Below, in pieces: positions 6,704 to 15,681 of a DNA stretch of 57,002 nucleotides. Positions within the stretch are counted from its first letter, which is position 1; each line of letters starts with the position of its first letter. The stretch is from an uncultured Bacilli bacterium. GTDB lineage: Bacteria; Bacillota_I; Bacilli_A; RF39; UBA660. Under the pieces are notes generated by a model. That model made no database searches. It worked only from the letters and a program-made list of their open reading frames with translations, and was not told the origin of the DNA. The position numbers were made by a program, and so were the translations under genes. The stretch lies in contig CANQYK010000002.1 of the NCBI GenBank assembly GCA_947628065.1, positions 1-57,002 of the forward strand. Direction: 5' to 3'.

Positions 6704-9334
6704 ATGAAATATGTATATTCATTTAAAGAAGGAAATAAAGATATGCGTAACCTTCTTGGAGGAAAGGGAGCAAATCTTGCTGAAATGACAAGTTTAGGAC
6801 TACCTGTTCCAAGAGGATTTACCGTTACAACGGAAGCTTGTTTAAAGTATTATGAGGATAAAGAAGAATTAGCAAGTGACGTTGAAAAAGAAATTTTTGA
6901 GCAACTAAAAGCTTTAGAAGAATTAACAGGCAAAAAAATGGGAGATAAAGAAAATCCACTTTTGGTATCTGTTCGTAGTGGTGCGAGAGCATCTATGCCT
7001 GGAATGATGGATACCGTACTTAATCTTGGTATGAATGATGATGTTGCAGAAGGATTTAGTAAAGTAACCAACAATCCACGTTTTGTATATGATAGCTATC
7101 GTAGATTCATTCAAATGTTTGCAGATGTTGTTATGGGATTTCCAAAAAGTTCTTTTGAACGCTTATTTGATAAGATAAAAGAGGAGAAAAAAGTAGAATT
7201 TGATACAGAATTATCGGCAGAAGACTTGATGGAAGTTGTAGAAATTTATAAGAAAGAATATTTAAAACACGCAGGACGTGAATTTCCACAAGATCCAAAA
7301 GAACAATTATTAGAAGCAGTAAAAGCAGTATTCCGTAGTTGGAATAACGATAGAGCCATTACCTATCGAAGACTTAATAATATTCCATCTAGTTGGGGAA
7401 CGGCTGTTAATGTGCAAGAAATGGTTTATGGTAATCGTGGTGATACAAGTGGTACGGGTGTTGCATTTACAAGAAATCCTGCAACGGGTGAAAAACATCT
7501 ATATGGTGAATATTTAATGAATGCACAAGGAGAAGATGTAGTAGCAGGAATTCGTACTCCACAAGATATTAATACATTGAAAGAAGTTATGCCAGAATGT
7601 TATCAAGAATTTACAAAAATTTGTAAGATTTTAGAAGATCATTATTGTGATATGCAAGATATGGAATTTACCATTGAAGATGGAAAACTATTTATGCTTC
7701 AAACAAGAAATGGAAAAAGAACAGCCTCTGCTGCTTTAAAGATTGCAGTTGACCTTGTAGAAGAGGGAAAAATAACCAAAGAAGAAGCTTTATTAAAAGT
7801 AGAACCATCATCACTTGATCAACTATTACATCCAATGTTTGATATGGATGCTTTGAAGAAAGGCAAAGTTGTTGCGACAGGACTTGCTGCATCTCCTGGT
7901 GCTGCAACGGGTAAAATTTACTTTACGGCAGAAGATGTTATGAAGGCACATGAAGAAGGAGAGAAGGATTTACTTCTTGTAAGACTTGAAACATCTCCAG
8001 AAGATATTGAAGGAATGAGTCTTGCTCATGGTATTTTAACGGCTCGTGGTGGTATGACATCACACGCAGCTGTTGTAGCGCGTGGTATGGGAACTTGTTG
8101 TGTATCTGGTTGTGGTAGCATTGTAATTGATGAAGAAGCTAAGACGTTAAAAACAGAAGATGGAACGATTTATCATGAAGGAGATTACATGAGTTTAGAT
8201 GGTTCAACAGGAAACGTTTATGGAGAACAAATTAAAACAGTAGAACCAAAAATTAGTGGAAACTTTGAAACGTTCATGAATTGGGCTGATGAAGCACGTA
8301 CGTTAAAAGTAAGATGCAATGCGGATAATCCAAAAGATGCCGGTGTTGCACGAGACTTTGGAGCAGAAGGAATTGGACTTTGCAGAACAGAGCATATGTT
8401 CTTTGATAGTGAGAGAATCTTTAATTTTAGAAGAATGATTACTGCAGATACACTGGAAAAAAGAGAAGAAGCATTAGAGAAAATTCTTCCATATCAACGG
8501 GATGACTTTGAAGCACTTTTCCGTACTATGGAAGGTTATAATGTTGTAATTCGTTTCTTAGATCCACCACTTCATGAATTTTTACCACATACGGATGAAG
8601 AGATTAAACCACTTGCCGAAAGTCTTGATATTGCTTTTGAAGATTTAAAGAAGCGAATAGAGTCATTAAAAGAATTTAATCCAATGATGGGACATCGTGG
8701 TTGTCGTCTTGCAATTACATATCCTGAAATTGCTAAGATGCAAACAAGAGCAGTGATTGAAGCAGCGATAAAAGTAAACAAAGATGGTCTTAATGTGACA
8801 CCTGAGATTATGATTCCTCTTGTTGGAGATAAGAAGGAACTTGCTTATGTTAAGAATGTTGTTTGTGAAGTAGCAGATGAAATTATAAAGAAAGAAAAAG
8901 TTGATCTTACTTATAAAGTAGGTACGATGATTGAAATTCCACGTGCTGCATTAACTGCAGATCAACTCGCAGAAGAAGCAGAATTCTTCTCTTTTGGAAC
9001 CAATGATTTAACACAAATGACTTATGGATTTTCAAGAGATGATGCTTCTAAGTTCTTAAAAGATTATTACAGTAAGAAAATCTTTGAACAAGATCCATTC
9101 GCAACGCTTGATCAAGAAGGTGTTGGAAAACTTGTTAAGATGGCAAGTGAACTTGGAAGAAGTACAAGAAAAGATATGTCTATGGGAATCTGTGGAGAAC
9201 ATGGAGGAGATCCTAGAACGATTGAATTTTGTCATAACATAGGACTTACTTATGTATCTTGCAGCCCATACCGTATTCCAGTAGCAAGGCTTGCTGCCGC
9301 ACAAGCTGCTATTAAAGAAAAACAAGGAGAATAA
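6704..9334 (+). CDS. ppdK: Pyruvate, phosphate dikinase
   Basis: N-terminus MKYVYSFKEGNKDMRNLLGGKGANLAEM. Catalytic His region GGMTSHAAVVARGMG. C-terminal region RTEHMFF...GTNDLTQ. The ATG at 6692 is an alternative start. Confidence 0.95.
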   Translation: MKYVYSFKEGNKDMRNLLGGKGANLAEMTSLGLPVPRGFTVTTEACLKYYEDKEELASDVEKEIFEQLKALEELTGKKMGDKENPLLVSVRSGARASMPGMMDTVLNLGMNDDVAEGFSKVTNNPRFVYDSYRRFIQMFADVVMGFPKSSFERLFDKIKEEKKVEFDTELSAEDLMEVVEIYKKEYLKHAGREFPQDPKEQLLEAVKAVFRSWNNDRAITYRRLNNIPSSWGTAVNVQEMVYGNRGDTSGTGVAFTRNPATGEKHLYGEYLMNAQGEDVVAGIRTPQDINTLKEVMPECYQEFTKICKILEDHYCDMQDMEFTIEDGKLFMLQTRNGKRTASAALKIAVDLVEEGKITKEEALLKVEPSSLDQLLHPMFDMDALKKGKVVATGLAASPGAATGKIYFTAEDVMKAHEEGEKDLLLVRLETSPEDIEGMSLAHGILTARGGMTSHAAVVARGMGTCCVSGCGSIVIDEEAKTLKTEDGTIYHEGDYMSLDGSTGNVYGEQIKTVEPKISGNFETFMNWADEARTLKVRCNADNPKDAGVARDFGAEGIGLCRTEHMFFDSERIFNFRRMITADTLEKREEALEKILPYQRDDFEALFRTMEGYNVVIRFLDPPLHEFLPHTDEEIKPLAESLDIAFEDLKKRIESLKEFNPMMGHRGCRLAITYPEIAKMQTRAVIEAAIKVNKDGLNVTPEIMIPLVGDKKELAYVKNVVCEVADEIIKKEKVDLTYKVGTMIEIPRAALTADQLAEEAEFFSFGTNDLTQMTYGFSRDDASKFLKDYYSKKIFEQDPFATLDQEGVGKLVKMASELGRSTRKDMSMGICGEHGGDPRTIEFCHNIGLTYVSCSPYRIPVARLAAAQAAIKEKQGE

Positions 9335-9346
9335 CAAATGATTAAG

Positions 9347-9372
9347 GACTAAGGAACACTTAGTCTTTTTTT
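9347..9372 (+). terminator. Rho-independent terminator of ppdK
   Basis: Stem GACTAAG (9347-9353) / CTTAGTC (9359-9365), followed by T7. Confidence 0.75.
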
Positions 9373-9482
9373 CTAAACAAGAATAGTGTAATAATTTTTT
9401 AAAATAAAAAGTTATTACGGTTTAGAGTAATAACTTTACAAAACTATGGAAATAATATATAATGTAACTAGAGGTGATTATT

Positions 9483-10688
9483 ATGCTTTTAAGAGAAGAT
9501 TATTTATCAAAAATAAGAGGGTTTTATGACTCAAATTTAATTAAAATACTAGTAGGTATTAGAAGATGTGGCAAATCAGTTATTTTAAGTCAAATCATAA
9601 ATGAACTAAAAGAACAAAGAAAAATCGATGAGAATCATATAATTTTTATTAACTTTGAATTTATAGAATATGAGGACTTACTGGATTATAAAAAATTAAA
9701 TCAATATGTCAAAGATAAAGTTCAAGATAGCAAAATGTATTATTTATTTTTCGATGAAATTCAAAATGTAGATCAATTTGAAAAAGTGATTAATTCGTTA
9801 AGAGCATCCATAAAGAACATCAGCATCTTTTTAACTGGATCAAATAGTAAAATGTTATCCGATGAATTATCATCCGTTTTATCAGGCAGATATGTTTTAT
9901 TTAATATTAATCCATTATCTTATAAAGAATATATTGCTTTAACCAATAAAGATGGAAAAGATTTAAATACTTTTTGGGACTATGCTAAATGGGGAGGACT
10001 TCCTAATAGATGTGAATTTACAGATGAGTCAGATATAAAAAATTATCTTCATAGTGTATATGATTCTATTATCTTACGAGATGTTGTTAAAAGATTAAAT
10101 TTAAAAGATACTATTCTTTTTGACATGATATTACAATATTTGATTGAAACAACAGGTCGTGAATTTTCGGCAGATAATATTATAAAATATCTAAATAAAG
10201 AAAACAAAAATATATCAAATGAAACATTATATAATTATATTGATGCCTTATGTAAAGCTTTAATAGTAAAGAAGGTTTATCGATATGATATTGTTGGTAA
10301 AGGAGTATTAAAAACATTAAATAAATATTATGTAACTGATTTGGGTATTGCTCAAATAAAAAATAACAATCCTGAGTTTCGGAATTATGTTGTATTAGAA
10401 AATATTGTTTATAATGAGTTAATAAATAGAAATTATGAAGTCTATATTGGTAAAACTAAAAATGGTGAGGTTGACTTTTTAGCAAAAAAGGAAGGAAGTA
10501 TTAAATATTTTCAAGTAACTTATGAAATGAAAGATAACGAAAGTACTATCGAAAGAGAATTTAGTGCACTTAAATCTATTAAAGATAATTATCCAAAATA
10601 TGTTCTTTCTCTTGATAAGATAGATTTATCTCGGGATGGTATTATTCATTTAAATTTAATTGATTTCTTATTAAGTAATGAATTTTAG
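9483..10688 (+). CDS. AAA+ ATPase (AAA_14) with C-terminal DUF4143-like domain
   Basis: Walker A GIRRCGKS and Walker B LFFDEIQ. C-terminal region GEVDFLAKKEGSIKYFQV is typical of DUF4143. Start ATG at 9483 follows a GAGGTGA RBS. Confidence 0.75.
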   Translation: MLLREDYLSKIRGFYDSNLIKILVGIRRCGKSVILSQIINELKEQRKIDENHIIFINFEFIEYEDLLDYKKLNQYVKDKVQDSKMYYLFFDEIQNVDQFEKVINSLRASIKNISIFLTGSNSKMLSDELSSVLSGRYVLFNINPLSYKEYIALTNKDGKDLNTFWDYAKWGGLPNRCEFTDESDIKNYLHSVYDSIILRDVVKRLNLKDTILFDMILQYLIETTGREFSADNIIKYLNKENKNISNETLYNYIDALCKALIVKKVYRYDIVGKGVLKTLNKYYVTDLGIAQIKNNNPEFRNYVVLENIVYNELINRNYEVYIGKTKNGEVDFLAKKEGSIKYFQVTYEMKDNESTIEREFSALKSIKDNYPKYVLSLDKIDLSRDGIIHLNLIDFLLSNEF

Positions 10689-10818
10689 TAATAATTTAAA
10701 ATGTAAGTGAAATTTAACAAATTTTTTTATTGGGTATTAGTACAATGATATGAAAGAAAAAACGAATTATAAAATTATAATTTGATATTTCTTTGCATAT
10801 ACTAACATTGTATACTAT

Positions 10819-10847
10819 TTGACATTTTCTGAAAAATATAGTATATT
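10819..10847 (+). promoter_or_regulatory. Consensus-like sigma-A promoter of the type III TA module
   Basis: TTGACA (10819-10824), a 17-nt spacer, then TATATT (10842-10847). Confidence 0.7.
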
Positions 10848-10872
10848 ATTATTGCACTTGGAAAAGTGTGTA

Positions 10873-10980
10873 AATGTTTTTCGCTTCTGGATGGTGCGAA
10901 TAATAAATGATTCCAGGCGACAATGTTTTTCGCTTCCAGGTGGTGCGACTAATAAATGATCCTGGTTGAAAATGTAGAAT
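10873..10980 (+). ncRNA. Tandem 49-nt repeat array (2 full units plus a partial third): candidate type III antitoxin RNA
   Basis: The units at 10873-10921 and 10922-10970 are head-to-tail with no spacer. A third unit starts AATGT at 10971. Each unit carries a 5-bp stem: CTGGA/TCCAG in unit 1 and CCAGG/CCTGG in unit 2. Three base pairs covary. Confidence 0.75.
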
Positions 10981-11010
10981 AACTTCATCGTAAGGTGGAG
11001 TTTTCTTTTT
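10981..11010 (+). terminator. Intrinsic terminator/attenuator between the repeat array and the toxin gene
   Basis: Stem AACTTCA (10981-10987) / TGGAGTT (10996-11002) with one G-U pair, followed by TTCTTTTT. Confidence 0.6.
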
Positions 11011-11045
11011 CTTTGTGGTATTATGTACTTATGGAGTTGATGACA

Positions 11046-11519
11046 ATGAAAATAAAAACAGGTTATTTATATCATATAAAAGATGAATATTTTGATATTG
11101 TTAATGATGAAACTTTAATGCAAAACCATGAAAGAGGAAAGAAAAGACCAACTTATTTTACTATTAAAGATAAGAATATTCTATGGTTTATTCCGATTAG
11201 TTCTAAAGTAGATAAATATCAAAAAATCATTGATAAAAAAGTTAAAAAGTATGGATTTTGTAATACTATAATTATTAGAAAAATTGCTAATGAAGATGCT
11301 GCTATATTACTACAAAATGCGTTTCCAACATTAGAAAAATATATAGACCATGTTCATACTGTTGATGGTGTACCACTAAAAGTTCCAACAGATTTACAAA
11401 ATGAAATTAAAAGTTTATTTAAAAATATGATAGGATTAAAAAAGAGAGGTACAAATTTATTTTTTACAGATATCGATAAATTAAAAGATAAAATGTTAGA
11501 AGAAACGAAAAAAAATTAA
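11046..11519 (+). CDS. ToxN/AbiQ-like type III toxin (endoribonuclease), 157 aa
   Basis: The N-terminal pattern YLYHIKDEYFDIV...KKRPTYFTIKDKNILWFIPISSKVDKY resembles the ToxN/AbiQ signature (Y.I...Y..YL..D.KV ... RPY.G......YF.PLSSPK.K). The context of repeats plus a terminator supports the call. Confidence 0.7.
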   Translation: MKIKTGYLYHIKDEYFDIVNDETLMQNHERGKKRPTYFTIKDKNILWFIPISSKVDKYQKIIDKKVKKYGFCNTIIIRKIANEDAAILLQNAFPTLEKYIDHVHTVDGVPLKVPTDLQNEIKSLFKNMIGLKKRGTNLFFTDIDKLKDKMLEETKKN

Positions 11520-11555
11520 GACTAAGGTGAATGTATTATAAACCTTAGTCTTTTA
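11520..11555 (+). terminator. Rho-independent terminator
   Basis: Stem GACTAAGG (11520-11527) / CCTTAGTC (11543-11550), followed by TTTT. Confidence 0.65.
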
Positions 11556-11680
11556 CTGTAATATATAGATATAAACATTTGATAATGACTTATTAATATT
11601 TTGTACTAAAAATAAAAAAGAAAATAAATATGGTAATTTTTTCCAATTAATAGTATACTTACGTTAAGGAAGAGGAAGTT

Positions 11681-12414
11681 ATGAAGAAGTTTTTAGGAGT
11701 ATTTATTTTAATTATTTTTGTTATGCCTATATCAGTAGTAGGGCAAAGCGGTTGTTGTTCTCACCATGATGGAGTTGCTGGGTGTGGTGCGAATGGCAAG
11801 CAAATTTGCAATGATGGAACTTATAGTCCTACTTGTACTTGTAGTCCTAGTGTTGCACCAACACCAAATTATCGTTATGGATGTACGGATCCTAATGCTT
11901 ATAATTATGATAGTTCTGCTAATAAAGATAACGGAAGTTGCATCGCGAAAGTTTATGGTTGTATGGATAAAAATAGTATGAATTATAATGCTTCTGCTAA
12001 TATAGCTGATGGCAGTTGTCAATATCGAAAAGAAATAATACGGGAAGAAGATGTATCGTATTCTACAAAAACAGTAAAGGCGAAAAAAAAGCAATAAAAC
12101 AAAAAGGTGTGAATGGAAAAAAGCAGATAATAGAAGAACAAGTAGTGAATGAAAAAGGTGAAATAATATCCAGCAATATAAAAGAAGAAAAAGTGATAAC
12201 GGAACCAGTTGAAGAAATTGTAGTTGAAGTTCCAAATACCAGTACAAAGGAAAAGCAAGTAACAACATCAGAAAAAGAAAAACAATCAAAAAAGAATAAG
12301 ACAGAAAATAAGGCAGAAGAAAATTCAATTTTAGCTACGATATTTGGAATTGGTTTGATAGGTGGAATTGGATATATAATTTATAGAAAAAAAAAGAAAT
12401 TAATAAACTTATAG
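11681..12414 (+). pseudogene. Secreted Cys-rich / G5-domain / C-terminally anchored surface protein, interrupted by a frameshift at an A8 tract
   Basis: ORF 11681-12097 carries a signal peptide, CCSHHDGVAGC and two GC.D.NA.NY..SAN..DGSC repeats. ORF 12016-12414 carries the rest of the G5-like domain, a charged linker and the TM helix ILATIFGIGLIGGIGYIIY plus a KKKK stretch. The two ORFs join in frame if the A8 run (12083-12090) were A9. Confidence 0.7.
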
Positions 12415-13124
12415 TTACAATAATTAGTAGAAACAAAAAAGACTGTTGAAAAGGCCTTTTTTTATTTAAAGCTCAAATCATTTGAACAGAATTATCATTA
12501 TGGTGTGTTTGTAAAAAGGAGTATACATTATAACTTGATTCATCACATAATTATAATGTGATTTTTATTGAAACTGGATGTGTATAACGAAAAAAAGGAA
12601 CAGCGTTCCTTTTTCTCCCCCTCATAAGAAGGGCATTTCATTACATATTCATAATATCATATTTAATAATTGATGTAAATATGTAACACTAGTATTTTAT
12701 GTTTTTTTTAATTATTTATTCTTTAATTTATCAAAATATCTTTTATCTATACCAGTTATATTTGGTATATGCCTTATCAAATAAGAAATGAGTGTATTTT
12801 AAGCAATCATTATTTTTAGCATTATCATTTAATAATAGTTTCATTTCATTTTGCATATCTTTAATCTGTTTATTTAATGATATTAAATCCATTTTTATTT
12901 TTTCTTTATTATCATACTTTTCTTTTATACTATTTGTATTAAAATTATTAGTAAAATGTATAGCATATATTGTAATATAAACATATATACATGTCAATTA
13001 AAGAACTTATGTAAATTTGTTATAAAATTGCTAATGGCTAAAGTCTATTTATCATATAATCTATTTTCTTATTTTAAAAAGAAAAACGCACTCTTCTTAT
13101 GAAGTGTACGTGTTTTAACTTTAA

Positions 13125-13201
13125 TGGTGCGCTCGAAGGGATTCGAACCCCTGACCTTTTGGTTCGTAGCCAAACACTCTATCCAACTGAGCTACGAGCG
13201 C
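13125..13201 (-). tRNA. tRNA-Arg (anticodon ACG)
   Basis: The reverse complement GCGCTCGTAGCTCAGTTGGATAGAGTGTTTGGCTACGAACCAAAAGGTCAGGGGTTCGAATCCCTTCGAGCGCACCA folds as a cloverleaf. The anticodon loop is CTACGAA and CCA is encoded. Confidence 0.92.
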
Positions 13202-13269
13202 AATTTCTATTTCTTCTTGAAATACAACTATATTCTATCACAAAGCTAGGTTAACGTCAAGAAAAAATA

Positions 13270-13767
13270 TCAATCAAAATCCGTATATTCCCTTATTCTA
13301 GAATAAGAAGAAATCAGTTTTTCTTCAATTCCTTTCTGGCAATTAGCAGGGGAGGTACTTGGAAGTAGAATTGCTTCTATGTTTGTACTTTTATAACAAT
13401 ATTTTTGATAAAGTTGATAAGCTTTTGTACCTGTTGTAAAAATAGCTTTAATCTGTGCTTTTTCTAAAATAGGAGTAAAGTCATTTGGAACAGGGTTTTT
13501 AATAGAAGCATCACTAGATGATGCAATATCACAACTTTTTAAAACATCAAACAAAGCAATATGATGCTTTTTTAAAAACGCAATTTTATCTTCTTTCGTA
13601 TCTTTGATTTCTTCGTTATAAACCAAAGATAGTGTTTTCCAAAAACGATTTTTTGGATGGGCATAATAAAAGCCTAATTCTCTTGATTTAACAGAAGGCA
13701 TACTACCTAAAATTAAAACCTTTGAATTTTCATCATAAATAGCATCGAGTGTATGAAAAACTTGCAT
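13270..13767 (-). CDS. DNA-deoxyinosine (hypoxanthine) glycosylase, UDG superfamily
   Basis: VLILGSMPSVKSRELGFYYAHPKNRFW and LPSTSPAN are typical family motifs. Confidence 0.75.
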   Translation of the reverse strand: MQVFHTLDAIYDENSKVLILGSMPSVKSRELGFYYAHPKNRFWKTLSLVYNEEIKDTKEDKIAFLKKHHIALFDVLKSCDIASSSDASIKNPVPNDFTPILEKAQIKAIFTTGTKAYQLYQKYCYKSTNIEAILLPSTSPANCQKGIEEKLISSYSRIREYTDFD

Positions 13768-13852
13768 ATTATCACCAAAGTTACTATAGTATAATTTTTA
13801 TGTTTGGTCAAGTTTTTCTATGTTCTATCATATATTTAAAAAGGTGAATCAT

Positions 13853-14383
13853 ATGAACAATGGAATAAGAGTTCTATATCCTAGAACAAGTTATGGAAAA
13901 TTAAATCAAAAGTTTCAACAAATTCTTTTACCAAAAATAGAAGAGTTTATGGAAATTGCGAAAGAGCCAGTACAAGAAAATTTTCCTTATATGCTTGATA
14001 TTTCTCATGATGAATATCATTATCAAAACTATATTTCAACCGTTTTTTATATTTCAATGGAAATAGGAGGAGCCCATCCCGATCATCAAATTGTTACAGT
14101 TGTTTATGATAAAAAAGAGGATAACTTTATAACGATTGAAACCTTATATCAAAAAGATCCTAATGTTTTGAATTATGTATCCGAAGAGAGTAGAAGGATT
14201 CTTTTAAAAAATCCTAAAATTGAAAATAGAGAAATGTTATTTTCGGGAACTGAACCCAACCTTGATAACTTTAAATATTTTACTTTTACCGAAACAGGAA
14301 TTCTATTCTTTTTTCCACAATATCAAATTGCTCCTTATGCAGCCGGTATGTTTAAGATTAATATTCCATACAAAAAACATTGA
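13853..14383 (+). CDS. DUF4163/DUF3298 (RsiV/PdaC-like) domain protein
   Basis: The C-terminal sequence FPQYQIAPYAAGMFKINIPY is DUF3298-like. Start ATG at 13853 follows an AAGGTGA RBS. Confidence 0.55.
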   Translation: MNNGIRVLYPRTSYGKLNQKFQQILLPKIEEFMEIAKEPVQENFPYMLDISHDEYHYQNYISTVFYISMEIGGAHPDHQIVTVVYDKKEDNFITIETLYQKDPNVLNYVSEESRRILLKNPKIENREMLFSGTEPNLDNFKYFTFTETGILFFFPQYQIAPYAAGMFKINIPYKKH

Positions 14384-14399
14384 TTTTGGTATCAATGTT

Positions 14400-15416
14400 T
14401 TATTGTGTTGCGGTATTACTTGATTGTTCTGCTGTTTCAATTAAGTTATCCATATATTCTTCATAATCTTTTTTCAAAGCTTTGTCTTTAAATTCTACAC
14501 CTTTCTTTTCCCGATAATCCATTAAACTTTCATATCGTAGGGTTGTATCATTGGTTAATTTTTCTTCTGCTAATTTTTGAAGAATATCATCTTTTACTTC
14601 TTTTAATTTCTTTTTCTTCTTTTGATCTACCTTTAAAATAATGTGATAACCAAAACTTGATTTTACAGGCTCTTTTGTATATTTTCCTTTTTCTAGTTTG
14701 ATCGATGCTTCTGTAAAGGCTTCATCCATACCACTATCTGTATTGAAGTAATCAATTAAACCACCATCGTCTTTGCTTCCAGTATCATCACTATTTTCTT
14801 TGGCAAGTTTTTCAAAGTCCGCTCCATCATCTAATTTTTTAATTAATTCTTCTGCTTTCTTTTTTGCTTTTTCTTCTGCTTTTTCTTGTTCTTCTTCTGT
14901 CATATCATCCTTTGTTTCAGGTTTAATTAAAATGTGTCTTACTTTCATATCTCCAACAATTTCATCATCATAGTATTTTTGTATTTCATCATCTTTGATG
15001 GTACTTTTCACTTGTGATTCAATTGCTTGGTTTCTCTTGTATTCTAGTGATAACATCGCTCTTAAAGCATCTTCATCATCGACACCCAAATACTGTTTAA
15101 TCGCAGCATTAAAAGCTTCTTCATCATTTTGATATTGTGATTTCATTTGTTCTACTTGACTATTAATGTTTGCTTTTTCTTCCTCATCTGTTTTAAAGTC
15201 TTTTTCTAAAATTGCTTTGTCCATCATATCAAGTAATTCGGTAATACCATATTTTTCTCTTAATTGTTGATAAAGTTCATCTGCTTTAATTTTTCCCCCT
15301 TTATACTTTACGACAGTACTATCGTTTTCTAATTTTTTAGCTTTTCCACATCCTGTTATCAAAAGACATAAAACAAGAATAATAGCAAGAAGTGAAACTG
15401 TTTTTTTTCTTTGCAT
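14400..15416 (-). CDS. prsA: Foldase lipoprotein PrsA (parvulin-type peptidyl-prolyl isomerase)
   Basis: Lipobox LLITGCG. Parvulin core VRHILIK...SSFGYHIIL. Confidence 0.85.
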   Translation of the reverse strand: MQRKKTVSLLAIILVLCLLITGCGKAKKLENDSTVVKYKGGKIKADELYQQLREKYGITELLDMMDKAILEKDFKTDEEEKANINSQVEQMKSQYQNDEEAFNAAIKQYLGVDDEDALRAMLSLEYKRNQAIESQVKSTIKDDEIQKYYDDEIVGDMKVRHILIKPETKDDMTEEEQEKAEEKAKKKAEELIKKLDDGADFEKLAKENSDDTGSKDDGGLIDYFNTDSGMDEAFTEASIKLEKGKYTKEPVKSSFGYHIILKVDQKKKKKLKEVKDDILQKLAEEKLTNDTTLRYESLMDYREKKGVEFKDKALKKDYEEYMDNLIETAEQSSNTATQ

Positions 15417-15577
15417 ATTTTATCTCTCCTTTTCTTCATGCACCTTTATCATAACAAAAGTTAAGAAAATAAGCAATAAATTGCGTGAATATTTAAAAAA
15501 ATAGTTGAATACCACGCACCAATTTTTAAATTTTCCATAAAATAAGGTGAACACTAGAAAAAAGGAGGATAACTGTT

Positions 15578-15658
15578 ATGGGTAATTGTAATTCATCAAG
15601 CGCTATAATTTTAGTATTATTTATTCTACTTGTTATTATTATAGGTGCCTATATCTAA
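15578..15658 (+). CDS. Tiny TM peptide, YjcZ-family sporulation protein-like (26 aa)
   Basis: Absent from the ORF track. AAGGAGGA RBS, then ATG. Product is MGNCNSSSAIILVLFILLVIIIGAYI. The LVLFILLVIIIG core matches the tiny_TM_bacill/YjcZ pattern. Confidence 0.55.
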   Translation: MGNCNSSSAIILVLFILLVIIIGAYI

Positions 15659-15681
15659 AAAAAGAAAGGAAGGTGTTATAA

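Noticed and set aside
9409-9436. A perfect 10-bp inverted repeat, AAGTTATTAC / GTAATAACTT, between ppdK and the AAA ATPase gene.
   Set aside because: It could be an operator or a minus-strand terminator. No minus-strand gene reads into it and no matching second site was seen, so the evidence is insufficient to call a function.
10873-10980. The tandem 49-nt repeats considered as a possible CRISPR array.
   Set aside because: The units are directly adjacent with no spacers. There are only about 2.2 copies and no cas genes. A ToxN-like gene follows a terminator, which fits a type III antitoxin array instead.
11732-12328. A 198-aa minus-strand ORF, together with the ORFs at 11766-11981 (+) and 12019-12258 (-).
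   Set aside because: These are antisense or alternative frames of the Cys-rich/G5 surface-protein gene. They are low-complexity Leu/Phe/Ile-rich sequence with no RBS.
12743-12997. An 84-aa minus-strand ORF in the AT-rich gap.
   Set aside because: No Shine-Dalgarno sequence precedes either candidate ATG. The sequence is Asn/Lys/Ile-rich, as expected from random AT-rich DNA. It is kept only as context for the gene-poor-interval finding.
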